Shown here: one piece after another, positions 23,854 through 34,739 of the stretch
How positions within the stretch are numbered: position 1 is the first letter of the stretch
How the letters are laid out: each line of letters begins with the position of its first letter
Assembly (NCBI GenBank): GCA_964016885.1
Contig: OZ024743.1
Location: 284,270,001 to 284,334,000 of the forward strand
Length of the DNA: 64,000 nucleotides
Origin: Eledone cirrhosa
Lineage: Eukaryota
Direction: 5' to 3'
Made by a program: the position numbers and the translations under genes
The notes under the pieces: generated by a model
Database searches by the model: none
What the model was told of the DNA's origin: nothing
The model's input: the letters and a program-made list of their open reading frames with translations, nothing else

Positions 23854-23907
23854 TGTGTCTGGGAGTTGTACCCTCTTCTTCTTCTTCATTCTCAGGGTCA
23901 ATATCCT
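23854..23907 (-). CDS. Cav1: Cav1 exon, I-II linker (EDIDPENEEEEEGTTPRH)
   Basis: ttgcag acceptor, gtatga donor, 54 nt, phase 1 to 1; EDIDPEN is the conserved Cav1 post-AID motif. Confidence 0.93.
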
Positions 23908-24929
23908 CTGCAAGTAGAAAATCATAATATTTCATGTAAAGTCTTAAGGTATCTCAGAATATACAAATATATTGTCATACTGCATCAGAATATAAAACAT
24001 ACTAAAAAAAATTACTTTTATCTAAGAGTTACTTTGAACATTATCAAAGCTAAGCAAATTAAATCTATTCCTTTATAATCTATATAATTGGTATTACAAA
24101 TAATATTTGACAAAACAACTGGAAATAACAGTGGCTGCAATTTGAAAAGTTGAAATGAAGATAATATTAAATCCTTTTTTTTTTTGTTTTATTCAATAAC
24201 AACTTTATAAATTAATGTATAGACTATTTTTGCCACACTGTATATGAGTGAAATATAAAAAAAAAACAAAAAAAAAATGCCATCAGCATTAAAGAAAGAG
24301 GAAAAAAGATGGGTAGATTGATATTATTGGAATGTTAAATACTAGTTAAATAAGATTGACTTTCAACAACTTTTTCACATTCATTTGTAACAACAGCTAT
24401 AAAGAAATCATTTTATATTTGAAATAAAATTTCCTTTTTATTCAGATATAACTATTGTGTCTCATGGCATACTGAAGCTTCTAAATTTCATGGAATTAAG
24501 TAATTGCAAGACATCTTTCATCCAGAAGAGAATGCTAATCTTGACAAGTTTTATTTTTTTCCGTAGAAATATATTACAATATAAGGAAATACTTAGTATG
24601 CATATTATAATTGATAAGTATTTCCTCATATCGCAATAAATAATGTTAATACTATGTACTCCATTGAGTTATGGCTCTGTTATTGATTTATAGTTAACTG
24701 AAGAGAGCCATTGAGAATTAAGTGTTGAATGTCAATAATGGAGTACAAACTGTTGGCTCACTGTTCAGTAGTCTGAGTTCCTCATGATTTAGTTACAAGT
24801 AACTCTCTCTTCACAGATATACCAAGTTGTAGTAGTTTTTATCGTTATTTATAATGAGACACTTCTCACTGAAGATGATAAAAACTGAAATTACTTTCCC
24901 AAACTAAATAGTCGGCATCTGTTCTTTAA

Positions 24930-25113
24930 CCCTTTAGCATTTAAACAAGCCATATCCGGCCAGAATTATCTCACCTTTTTCTGTTCAAACCAGCTGCTCA
25001 TACTGATGTTAGGGTATTATTCTCAAAATAAATAATATCGAAATCTCATAGATTCAATATTATGTTAGATAATTATTATAGTATATATATAGAGTAATGT
25101 AAATGGTAAAGAG
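24930..25113. mobile_element. MITE with TTAA target duplication (piggyBac-like ends)
   Basis: TTAA-ccctttagcattta...taaatggtaaagag-TTAA; four related copies in the window. Confidence 0.85.
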
Positions 25114-25855
25114 TTAAATAACTTTTACGATAATAGCTGTTGAGAACTTCAAACTTACATTTACAAGGAGTGTATTTCATGGAAAATTACTTTTATTACA
25201 TGAACTACTATTGTTCTCACCAATATAGTTATTATGGGGATAGATGTAAGGTATGAAAAGCATGGAAACATATCAAGTATCTCTTGGCAAAAAGTATCCA
25301 TTTCCAGATTTCGAATTCAGAACTTTTGAAATTTCTTGCTTTTTTCCATAAAGCTTTGTGTGAAAATTAGAAACTTATTATTACTATAATCCTTCCCCTT
25401 ATACTCAGACAAAGAATCTTCATTAAAATGTTTACTCTCTTGATGCCTCTAAAGCTTCATGACAAATTGAGAGCTTATTACTGCATATACTCAAATATAA
25501 GACAACCCTCGCCTATTTTATGCCTGAGAAATAGGCCAAAATCCAAACCCCGTTTATAAGCCGAGGCAGGTAATCAACACTTGTTTAAATGGTGTGGATT
25601 TGAAATCTTCATAAATGGAGAATATATTTATGAAGTTTTAATATTTTGATATTTAAAATATTTTAAGTGTTATTTACAGTATAGTTTTTGTTTTATAATA
25701 CCATTATAATGATTTTTAAAACTAATTTCCGACTGTTTTGAAGGTCATATTCATTCAAAACATATAAAAAACAATAGGAAAAATGAATTTCATGTTGAAA
25801 GTGAAACTATTGTAATATTCACCCCAAAGTGAAACTGGTCTAATATTCATCTCTA

Positions 25856-26061
25856 TATAATAATAATTGTTTCTACTTTTGGCACAAGGCCAGCAATTAT
25901 CCCAGTGTATTACTGGTACTTTATTTTATCGACCCCGTAAGGATGAAAGGCAAAGCGGGATTTGAACTCAGACCATAAAGGGCTGTAACTCTTTGCTGCA
26001 AAGCATGGCGTCCGACCCTCTACCGATACTGCCAATTGTGTACAGTGCTCAGGTGCACTAC
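25856..26061 (-). mobile_element. SINE family A fused at its 5' end to a short CR1 3'-terminal fragment
   Basis: SINE 25856-26035; 26036-26063 matches 18051-18078 at 27/28; flanked by a 30-bp direct repeat with one mismatch. Confidence 0.85.
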
Positions 26062-26446
26062 AAAGTGAAACTGGTATAATATTCATCTCTAAAGTATAGA
26101 ATTTTTTTAAGTTGCTGAAAATTGACAAAATATTGACCTCGAATATTAGTGATCCCTCCTCATTTTACCAATGATTTTTTTTTGTCACTTATTTCTCAGT
26201 TCATATATATACATATATACATATACGGAAATTATTATCATCATTCCTGTTAAGACTTCTAGTTAAACAGCTTTACTTACAAACCAGTGTACTTGGTTAT
26301 AGCATCAGCATTAAAAATTATAAGGAAACCTACACTACAGATTTTCTCTGAGTCTTCCTCAAATCAAATTAAGAAATCCCCATTTTTATCAGTTTCCTAA
26401 ACACCACCATCATCCCATTTGAAAGTCATCAGAAAAATTCTCTTAC

Positions 26447-26562
26447 CAGCTTGTGTTATCCAATCTAAATAACCTCTAAGGTCTTCTTCTATTTGCTGCT
26501 TTTCACGAAGTTTCTGAAAATCTCCTCTGGCTTTGGCCTTCTCTCTTTCTTTGGAAAACTCT
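26447..26562 (-). CDS. Cav1: Cav1 exon, AID beta-subunit binding site ([38 protein letters not shown])
   Basis: cttctcag acceptor, gtaaga donor, 116 nt, phase 2 to 1; AID consensus QQxExxLxGYxxWI. Confidence 0.97.
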
Positions 26563-27647
26563 CTGAGAAGCAGAATAAGAGATTTCTAAATTATTTGGGA
26601 ATAATAGAAAAATGACCAAATTATCAACAAAAACAACAATATAGAAAATACAAAAAGTCATATCCAAACAAGCCAGGTTTATTAAACACAGAAGACCTAA
26701 TATAGTGTTTTGCTGATAATGAAACAAATATTTTAAAATCAACATTAGAATTCTCACAAATTTGGAGGAGGACAAATGTTAAACTATTAACAGTTGGAAC
26801 ACTAAATTCTATTAATTCCCCCTAAAAGCTTCCAATTCTACCCCAAACAACTTCAAATAAAAACAAATATTATTACCATACAAACAAGAATTGATATCAC
26901 TGTTAATATTCTAAACACAGTATTCTGTCTGAAGTGTTCAAACTTCACAGAAAGTGAGATTATTTTCATTTTCCAGGATTCAAAACTTACCCAAATAAAC
27001 ACAAAGATGGATAACAGCTAATTATTATGCTGATAAATGTTTTTAAATTAGCCACAAAGGTAAAAAAAACCTTGAGCTTCAAACCCTACAGTAACCATAT
27101 TTACATGTATATCATAATCATTATCATTTTACATCTCCTATCCATGCTGGCATGGGCTAGACGGGTTGTCACAGTTCAAGACCAGATGGGTTGAAGCAAA
27201 CTCATGTTGCTCATTGCATTCATATTTGGCATGGTTTCTACAGCTGGATGTATTTCCTAATGCCAGCAACCTTACAAAATGTATTAGATACATTTTTCAT
27301 GGTACCAGCACTACATATATTTCCCATCATCATCATCCTCAACATTGAATGTCCATTTTTCCATTACAGACCAAGTCAGCACTCAATTAGAGCCACTGTC
27401 CTCACAGACAGGCTGTGGGTCCCATCTCACTTAAATATGTTTCTACACTATACAGATGATGATAAATATTGATCACTTGACACACTCAAAATATCAGTCA
27501 ACTTACACGATACTGTCTTTTTAAAAAAACATGGACACATTAGATAATGCAGCCCTAGATACATTATGTCTGAAAAAGAAGTCAGGATGGTCATGGTTGG
27601 AGAACCTTTATCAGGATTCGCCTGGATTAAACACCACCACCGCCACT

Positions 27648-27832
27648 AATAATCATTTCTACTCTTGGCACAAGGCCAGCAATTACCCCAGTGCATTACT
27701 GGTGCTTTATTTTATCGACCCCGTAAGGAAGAAAGGCAAAGCTAAGCATGGTGGGATTTGAACTCAGAACGTAAAGGGCCACAACGCTATGCTAGGGTCT
27801 GACGCTCTACCGATACTGTCAATCCACCACCC
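27648..27832 (-). mobile_element. SINE family A, diverged
   Basis: Core and head recognisable. Confidence 0.8.
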
Positions 27833-28504
27833 TGATAATAAAACACCAAACATTTTGAAATATTTTTTGCTGTCAGCAAGGAATTAATTGTGGAAGACAC
27901 TATTTACACAAGTTGTTATTAATAAGCATCTATTTTGATATCTAAAATCAAAGGCAATGTTCACTATGTAATTAAACAAGACAGTAGATTAATTTGTTCA
28001 ATGATGTCATTGATTAATTATAAACCAAGAGGCACTTATTTTTTTAAAGAAAAGCAGACTTGTTTATACTTATGAAGAAAACTAAAATATAATGATAGTA
28101 TTTGGGTTTCCTTGTTTATTACTTTTATCAAAAGAATAACTTATATAATGACAGCTGCAGCTGGCCAAGATACTGGAGTGAATAAAGATTCCATGGTTTA
28201 TATCATACTGCTGACATTATGATGTATCCATGGATTTACAATAGAAATTCTATTTATTCTTAAACAGCCCTGTCCATCATTGTTATTATTGTTAACAACA
28301 ACAGAAATAATAATACTCCTTTCTTTTTTGGCCAAAAGGACAACTATGTTCAATACAGAAAACAATGAATTGGCAGAGCCACATGAGCATAAGACAAATT
28401 GTATTGTGGTATTTGTTCCAGTTCACTGCATTCCAAGTTCAAATCCTGCAGAGGTAAGTTTTGCCTTTCTTCCTTTCAGGGTTGAGTGAAATGTCTTGTG
28501 GTAT

Positions 28505-28664
28505 TCCTTGCAACAAGGTACTCAATATGTTAGTAGAGAAGAAGCATATTTATTTTATATAGAAATGACTTCTACAAGACTAGAACTATTTCATTCATAC
28601 GAAATCCTGATGATTTCATACAAATGAAATAGATCTAGTCCTGTAGAACTAATTTCCATATAAA

Positions 28665-28670
<6 letters not shown>
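28505..28670. mobile_element. Family H inverted element, copy 3, with the best-preserved hammerhead-like core
   Basis: Palindrome 28570-28648; + strand CTGATGA (28607) ... GAAA (28626) ... GTA (28643). Confidence 0.65.
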
Positions 28671-28696
<26 letters not shown>

Positions 28697-28847
28697 GTAT
28701 TATATAGTTTAAAAAATGAAAACAAAAAGATGAAGTTCAGTGCTTAAATAATCGATTGTTTTATGAACGTTTCAAAGAGTGAGATGAACCATGATAATAA
28801 TGATATATTGACTAATTGATAGTAGTTATATACAATATATATATATA

Positions 28848-29235
28848 TCATCATCATCATTTTACATCCGCTTTTCCCTGCTTGCAAGGGTGGGATGGGT
28901 CCTATTCAGCACAGCATCTCTCCACTAGTCACAGTCCTTCGTCATCTCCACCGTGAGCTTCAGCGATCTGAGGTCTGCTCTCACCACCTCCGCCCATGTT
29001 TTTCGTGGTCTTCCTCTACTACGTCTTCCTGCAACTGGCATTTCTTGGCATTTCTTCACCTATCGGTCATCCTCCATGCGCATCACATGTCCATACCACC
29101 CCAGTCTCCTCTCTCGCACACTATATTCTATCCCTCTCAGGCACAGTTTCTCTCTCAACACATCCATGCTCGGTCGTTCACGCACATTGACATTGCACAT
29201 CCAACAGAGCATGTTTGCTTCATTTCTCTCCAGAG
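28848..29235 (-). mobile_element. RTE LINE 3' fragment
   Basis: LERNEANMLCWMCNV...RRLGWYGHVMRM, then a 3' stem and (TGA)n tail. Confidence 0.88.
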
Positions 29236-30779
29236 AATAAGTTGTACACAATAGGTGATGTTATGTAAAATCCCAGAGTACACACACACACACACACATA
29301 TATAAGAGAAAAAACAAGGAAGTTTCGTTTACATCTGAAAAATATTTATTGCATATCGCCGTGTTTCACAGAGGATTGGCTCAAGGTGACCCATAGGAGT
29401 TACGAGCCAGACTCCAGTATCAATCTGCTCCTCAGACTGGTGATGCGACAAAAGATATATTTTTGTTGTGGTATGTAAGCTGAGAAGGTATATATATATA
29501 TATTTATGTATATGGGCATTGGCCCTATTTTCTTTTGTATGGGCGTATGTGTATATTTTGGTGTAATTGGTGGGGCGGCAATGCGGGTGTGTATTTACTG
29601 ATATTCACGTGCGTGTTTACGTGAGTCTGCGAGCAATTAAGGATTCGTGTGTGCGCGCGTCTGGCCGCATTTTGGAATGTGTATTGGTCAGTCAAAAACT
29701 AGCTTTGGTGTAAACAAGAAGCAGGGGTTTGCTTGGATGACCCGGTGCTAGTTCATGTTTTTGTCAAAGAATTAAAAACAGGGGATTGTTTGGTTGTGTA
29801 TAATATTGACAAGAAGAAATAATTTTAAGATGTAAAAATTCAACAACCATAGACGTACAGACGGCACAGACAAGTATATATCCATACATACACCCAGATA
29901 CAGGAGCCTGTGCACACATATAAATGTGTACACACACACACATATATACTCATATATAAATCACATTTTCTTCAAAACTATGGTGCAAAATCTATGACTT
30001 ATCTACTGGGCCTAGAAAACCTCAATCCAAATCAAGTTCTGAGCTAAGAATGATATATGTAAAATATAGGTGCAACTTGTACATGAGTATATACAATATG
30101 TTCTTTTTATTCATTGAAGGGAGCAGGGGACTTATATGCCTTATTATTTAGACTATTTTTCTATAGCCAAAAGAATTCAATGAAGGTTTTTTCTCATAAT
30201 TTTCAAATTCCGTTCATTGTTTCTAAACACATATTTGTGTTTGTTTATTTCTCGCTATGCATAGATTTAAAACAATGGAAGAAAATGTGATGGGTACATT
30301 GGTGTAATGGCAGCATTTCTTCTCAGCAAGCATGAAAGTGTGGGTTTGTGTCCCACAGGTGCTAATGGCTATCATTTTCTGTTATATGCCCTACTATTTA
30401 GAATATTTAACTATAGCAAAAAAAAAAAAAGAAATATGATGAAGCCTCTAATTTTCTTATATATAGAGAGCAGATAATTTGTTATATAATCATTGCATTT
30501 TATACTGATAATGCAATTATTATTAATGTTAACTTTTTAATGTTAATTGTGATCTTAATTGTATCATTATCTGTACCAATCGAAGAAATATGTCAAAAAT
30601 AAATGTTATTAATTTGTTACTTATCTTTGGCTAATATTTCTCTAATGTTATATATATATATACTACAACAAAAATATATCTTTTGTTGCATCACCATATA
30701 TATATATGTGCATGTGTGTGTATGTATGTATATATGTGTCTATATATATATAATCTGTGTATGTAGTAAACAACAGTTG

Positions 30780-31360
30780 GGGAACATAATACAATATAAT
30801 AAAGCAGATTAAAAATTTGATACACATAACAAAAAAGATCAATGCACCTACACAGGGGTGAGAAGCCACTACATAGAGAGGATCAAAGTGACCTAATAAC
30901 ATGCTTAAACTGACTGCATCTCATGAATTTGGACATGAGTATATTTGGCTGAAAGCCAAAGTCTCTCACATCCTTTGAAGAGTGTTTCTGGAAATCTGTA
31001 TAGACTGTGGTTTTCATCAAGTCTGTCATTTTGTGGTTCTTGGCATTCTGAAACTATTTCCTCTGTAAACAGCACATTTTTGCTTGGTTGAACAGGATAG
31101 GAGGGGCACATGAAGAGTGTGGAAGTTGGAGAGGGGAATGAGTATGCAAGCTGGACATGGTGAATCGGTATTTAGTTGGTGATGGCTGGGCATTAAGACT
31201 GGGAAGGGAGAATATGGGAGGAGTAGAGAGAAGATTGGTGCAGACTAGTGTCTTTTACATGTTTGTTTCATCCAGTGCACATGGGAAAGAGGGTCTTCTG
31301 CAGTACAGCATAATACTAGAGACCATTATCCTGTGTTATCTCCTTTGAGCAGTTTAATTG
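30780..31360 (-). mobile_element. Possible highly decayed Penelope-like RT remnant
   Basis: Only weak, decayed motif traces (W.(R)YVDD-like, HSSC.P). Confidence 0.3.
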
Positions 31361-31362
31361 TG

Positions 31363-32185
31363 CAAGTTAAGCTTTTAACACCTTACGCCAAGCAGCTCTC
31401 CTAGGTTTTCCTCTTCCATAGTTTCCATCAATTTTGAGTATCCTGCACCTTTTTATACAGCTGTTATCCTCCATGCACATAACATGTCCATACCACTGCT
31501 CCTGATCACTCTTCCATGCTACTTTCTTTTCATTGTTGGTGAGGGCAAGTGCACCATTATCATCTTGGACACACATCTCTGATAACATCATGATTTTTCC
31601 TTGACACACTGCCTTGCAATCCTGTATACCTCATGTTTTTGGCCCTCACATTGAAAAATATGCAGAAATTTATAATTTTCTGTTTCCCTCCTGGCAAAGT
31701 GTACTTGTTGTCTAGCTTCTCTTTTAGCTTCCTTGTAATGTTCTCTGCTTTCTCCATTCTGCCATTCTTTCCATGCCTGTCTTTGTTTTACTTAATTGCC
31801 TCACCCACCACACTCACTATTCCACCACCAAGTAACTCTCCTTTTTCCTAGAGCCCTGCACCAGCCACAGATCTCATCTGTGGCTTTCAGCAGATTTATC
31901 TCTTAGGAATTCCCACTATTCCTCTATATTGTAAGTCTGTATTTCTTCTTCCTTACTGTCAAAAGTGTCAAGCAAAATACATCAAAATTTGTTACAAATC
32001 GAGGGCTCCCTCAGCTCCCATATCCTTCTCCTCCAGATTGCTCTGTCTCCAAGTTCGTCTAGCTCTAACTTTAAAGTTGCTAACCACTAGGTTATGCTGG
32101 GAGGTACATTCCTCACTAGGGAGGGACTTTGTGTTTTCAACTATCACTATGTCTTGTCTTCTACAAGTGATCAAGAGGTTCACTG
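31363..32185 (-). mobile_element. Decayed RTE LINE fragment with large internal deletion
   Basis: EECTSQHNLVV; NEKKVAWK joined directly to WYGHVM...RGKPR. Confidence 0.8.
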
Positions 32186-32417
32186 CTTAAACAATCATGT
32201 TGAGGATGATGATGATAGTGATTAATAATGCTAATCATAGTATATTAAAAGATGCTGAATAATGATGACTAAAAGTAAAAGTTTAATGAAAAAAATTGAG
32301 ATATTACCATCTAATCACATTTAGAAATTACAGACAATAATTATATATTTGATCTTTAATATAACTGTTACAGAACTGAAAAAGAAGGTTGTGTTGTAGA
32401 ATTATAGTCATACTTAC

Positions 32418-32521
32418 CCACTCAGAACACCAAGTACAAGATTTAGAACAAAAAATGATCCAATAATGATCAAGCTGATAAAATAGATCCAAGGCCAGCT
32501 ATTGCCCATAGCATCATTGAT
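32418..32521 (-). CDS. Cav1: Cav1 exon, IS6 ([35 protein letters not shown])
   Basis: tttccag acceptor, gtaagt donor, 104 nt, phase 0 to 2; equivalent of vertebrate CACNA1C exon 8. Confidence 0.97.
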
Positions 32522-33119
32522 CTGGAAAGAGAGAGAAATTCTATTGAAAGTGTTTAGACAAAAATTTATCTTTTAGTTGGAGAAAGAAAACAAAAACCTT
32601 GCAGTAATTATTAGCAAATCTAGGGTAGTGGATTGGCAAAATTTGGTGAAATGTCGGACAAAATGCTCTATGTGGCTATTTATATTCTAGCTATTGATGT
32701 TCAAATACCGCCAAAGTCAACTTTGCTTTTCATCCTTCCAGTGATGTTAAAAGAAAGTACCAGTCAAGTACAGGGGTTGATATAATCACCTTTCCCCTCC
32801 GAATAAACTGCTGATATTGTGAGTAAATCAGAAACCAGTAATTATTACCCAATCTAGAAGTAAATTAAGAATAAATTTCTCAAAATTAATTTGTATACTT
32901 ATGGGAAAGAAAGCCTGATTTTTGTTTTCAGGCAATGGACAACTCTGAGCATGTTTCAGTCTATTAGACCTCAACAGCATAGTATATAGTCTTACCAAAC
33001 TTGCCAATCAGTTGATATACATTTTTACATATAGAAGAAAAATTCTGAATAATTAATGGATTCATGCCTCTGTTAGTAATATTAAAAATAATAATTAAAG
33101 TGGGAATTAAAAATGATTT

Positions 33120-33340
33120 GGAACTGTCATGAGATCAGGGTCGTCCGGATTGTCATAGGATCAGTTCGTACTATCTTGAAGAGTTTTCAAGGAACACTTC
33201 AAAAGGCATGCTTGCTGGTAACAGCAAGAACCCTCCGATACGTCCTGAATATCTGAGGTTGCAAGCTTGATGTTCATTTCAACAAACTTTCCAGTTAAAT
33301 AACATCAATGACTGAGACTCCAAGAAAATAATAATAATAA
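33120..33340 (+). mobile_element. R4/Dong-like non-LTR 3' end
   Basis: IVIGS..TI and TLQKACLL.TAR.LRYVL, then a (TAA)n tail. Confidence 0.55.
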
Positions 33341-33532
33341 TAAATTTAAAAACCTTGCAAAGACATTTACTGTTGTTTGTGCCCTTAATTACAATCAATT
33401 GTAAAAAGTGTGTATTATCAAATTTTGCCTCAGGTGTCAGGTTGACATTTAGCATGATTTGGGAAAGACGCAGAATTCAAAGGAAGTTTCAAATAATAAT
33501 AATAATGATAATAATAATTATTATTGTTGTTG

Positions 33533-33730
33533 CTGGATTGGCAGAATTGGCAGAGTGTTGGACACCATGCTTTGCAACATGGTCTGAGTTCGAATCCTGC
33601 CAAGGTTAGCTTTGCCTTTCATCTTTATGGGGTCGATAAAATAAAGTACCAGTAATGCACTGGGGTTGATTTAATTGACTTTCCATTCCTTAAAATTGTT
33701 GGCCTTGTGCTTAAGTTAGAAACCATTATT
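33533..33730 (+). mobile_element. SINE family A, long variant
   Basis: A-box, B-box gagttcgaatcc, core and tail. Confidence 0.85.
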
Positions 33731-33875
33731 ATTGTTGTTGTTGCTTTATTTATAATAAAGCTGGGTTAGGGTGATGAGACTGACAAGGCTGAATGGGCTT
33801 ACACTGACTCTGCTTTTCTAAGCAGGCAGAAAGGAACCAAGAGAGGACACTTTTAATGTCAGAGGTTTGTTTTAA

Positions 33876-34083
33876 CGCTTTAGCATTTAAACTGGCCATA
33901 TCCGGCTAGAATTCTCTTCCCCCTTTCTGTTCAAACCTGTCATAACTGGCTGTTCATATTTATGTTAAGGTATTGTTCTCAATATAAATAATATCAAATT
34001 CTCACAGATTCAATATTATGTGAGATAAAGTGTTTACCATGAAAATACAATAGTAAATATAGAGTAATGTAAATGCTAAAGAG
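33876..34083. mobile_element. TTAA MITE copy
   Basis: TTAA-cgctttagcattta...taaatgctaaagag-TTAA. Confidence 0.85.
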
Positions 34084-34404
34084 TTAAAGTTCTCCCTGGA
34101 ATTACCTTATTGTGTAGTCTCTACTGCCCATTGGGGGAACTGGTCCTAGTAGATAGTTGTTATTGTCTTCTATTATTATCATTAATATTTTAACATTTCT
34201 ACCATTGTTATCTCTACTATTTTCACATTGGTGATATCCTTTTTCCTCTACTCAATGTATCTCCCACTCTTTGTTGTTATGTCCCTGTATTGTCCCCAAT
34301 GTTTGGGCCCTTGTGGCCAGCAAAAAAAATCATTATTATGGTTAGTACTACATCACAGCATTAACAGACACATTAATGTGGGATGCAAGAAAAATGGAAC
34401 TTAC

Positions 34405-34592
34405 ATTGTAGAGGACACCAGTCCACCCCTCCATTGTTATACATTGGAATACTGTGAGCATGGCTAAGCCGAAGTTGTCAAAATTCGTAATGCCATCATT
34501 TGGACCTATCCAATATGTTCTACATTCTTCCGTTTCACTACTACAGGAATATCCCTTTCCACATGGATGAGGTTTCTCTAAAGCTAAATGAC
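34405..34592 (-). CDS. Cav1: Cav1 exon, repeat I pore loop ([34 protein letters not shown])
   Basis: ctacag acceptor, gtaagt donor, 188 nt, phase 1 to 0; selectivity-filter glutamate in TMEGW. Confidence 0.97.
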
Positions 34593-34739
34593 CTGTAGAT
34601 TGAAAAAACAAAAGAAAACAATCAGAGCAATGAAAGACATATTATATACATACATACACACACGCACTCAAACAAACCATATCTTACTGTCTGATGTATA
34701 CATTTATGGATGCATGAACCAATGTTTAGGCCTCTACAT

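Noticed and set aside
30292-30365. tRNA gene
   Set aside because: A-box and B-box-like traces only; the B-box and stems are degenerate, so it is a SINE head or pseudogene relic.
32945-32982. Functional hammerhead ribozyme on the gene strand
   Set aside because: The core reads CTGTTGA and stems I and III do not pair; at most a decayed remnant.
26563-34404. A duplicate, mutually exclusive IS6 exon like vertebrate CACNA1C 8/8a
   Set aside because: By eye I found only one IS6-encoding exon (32418..32521); a tBLASTn would be needed to exclude a diverged copy.
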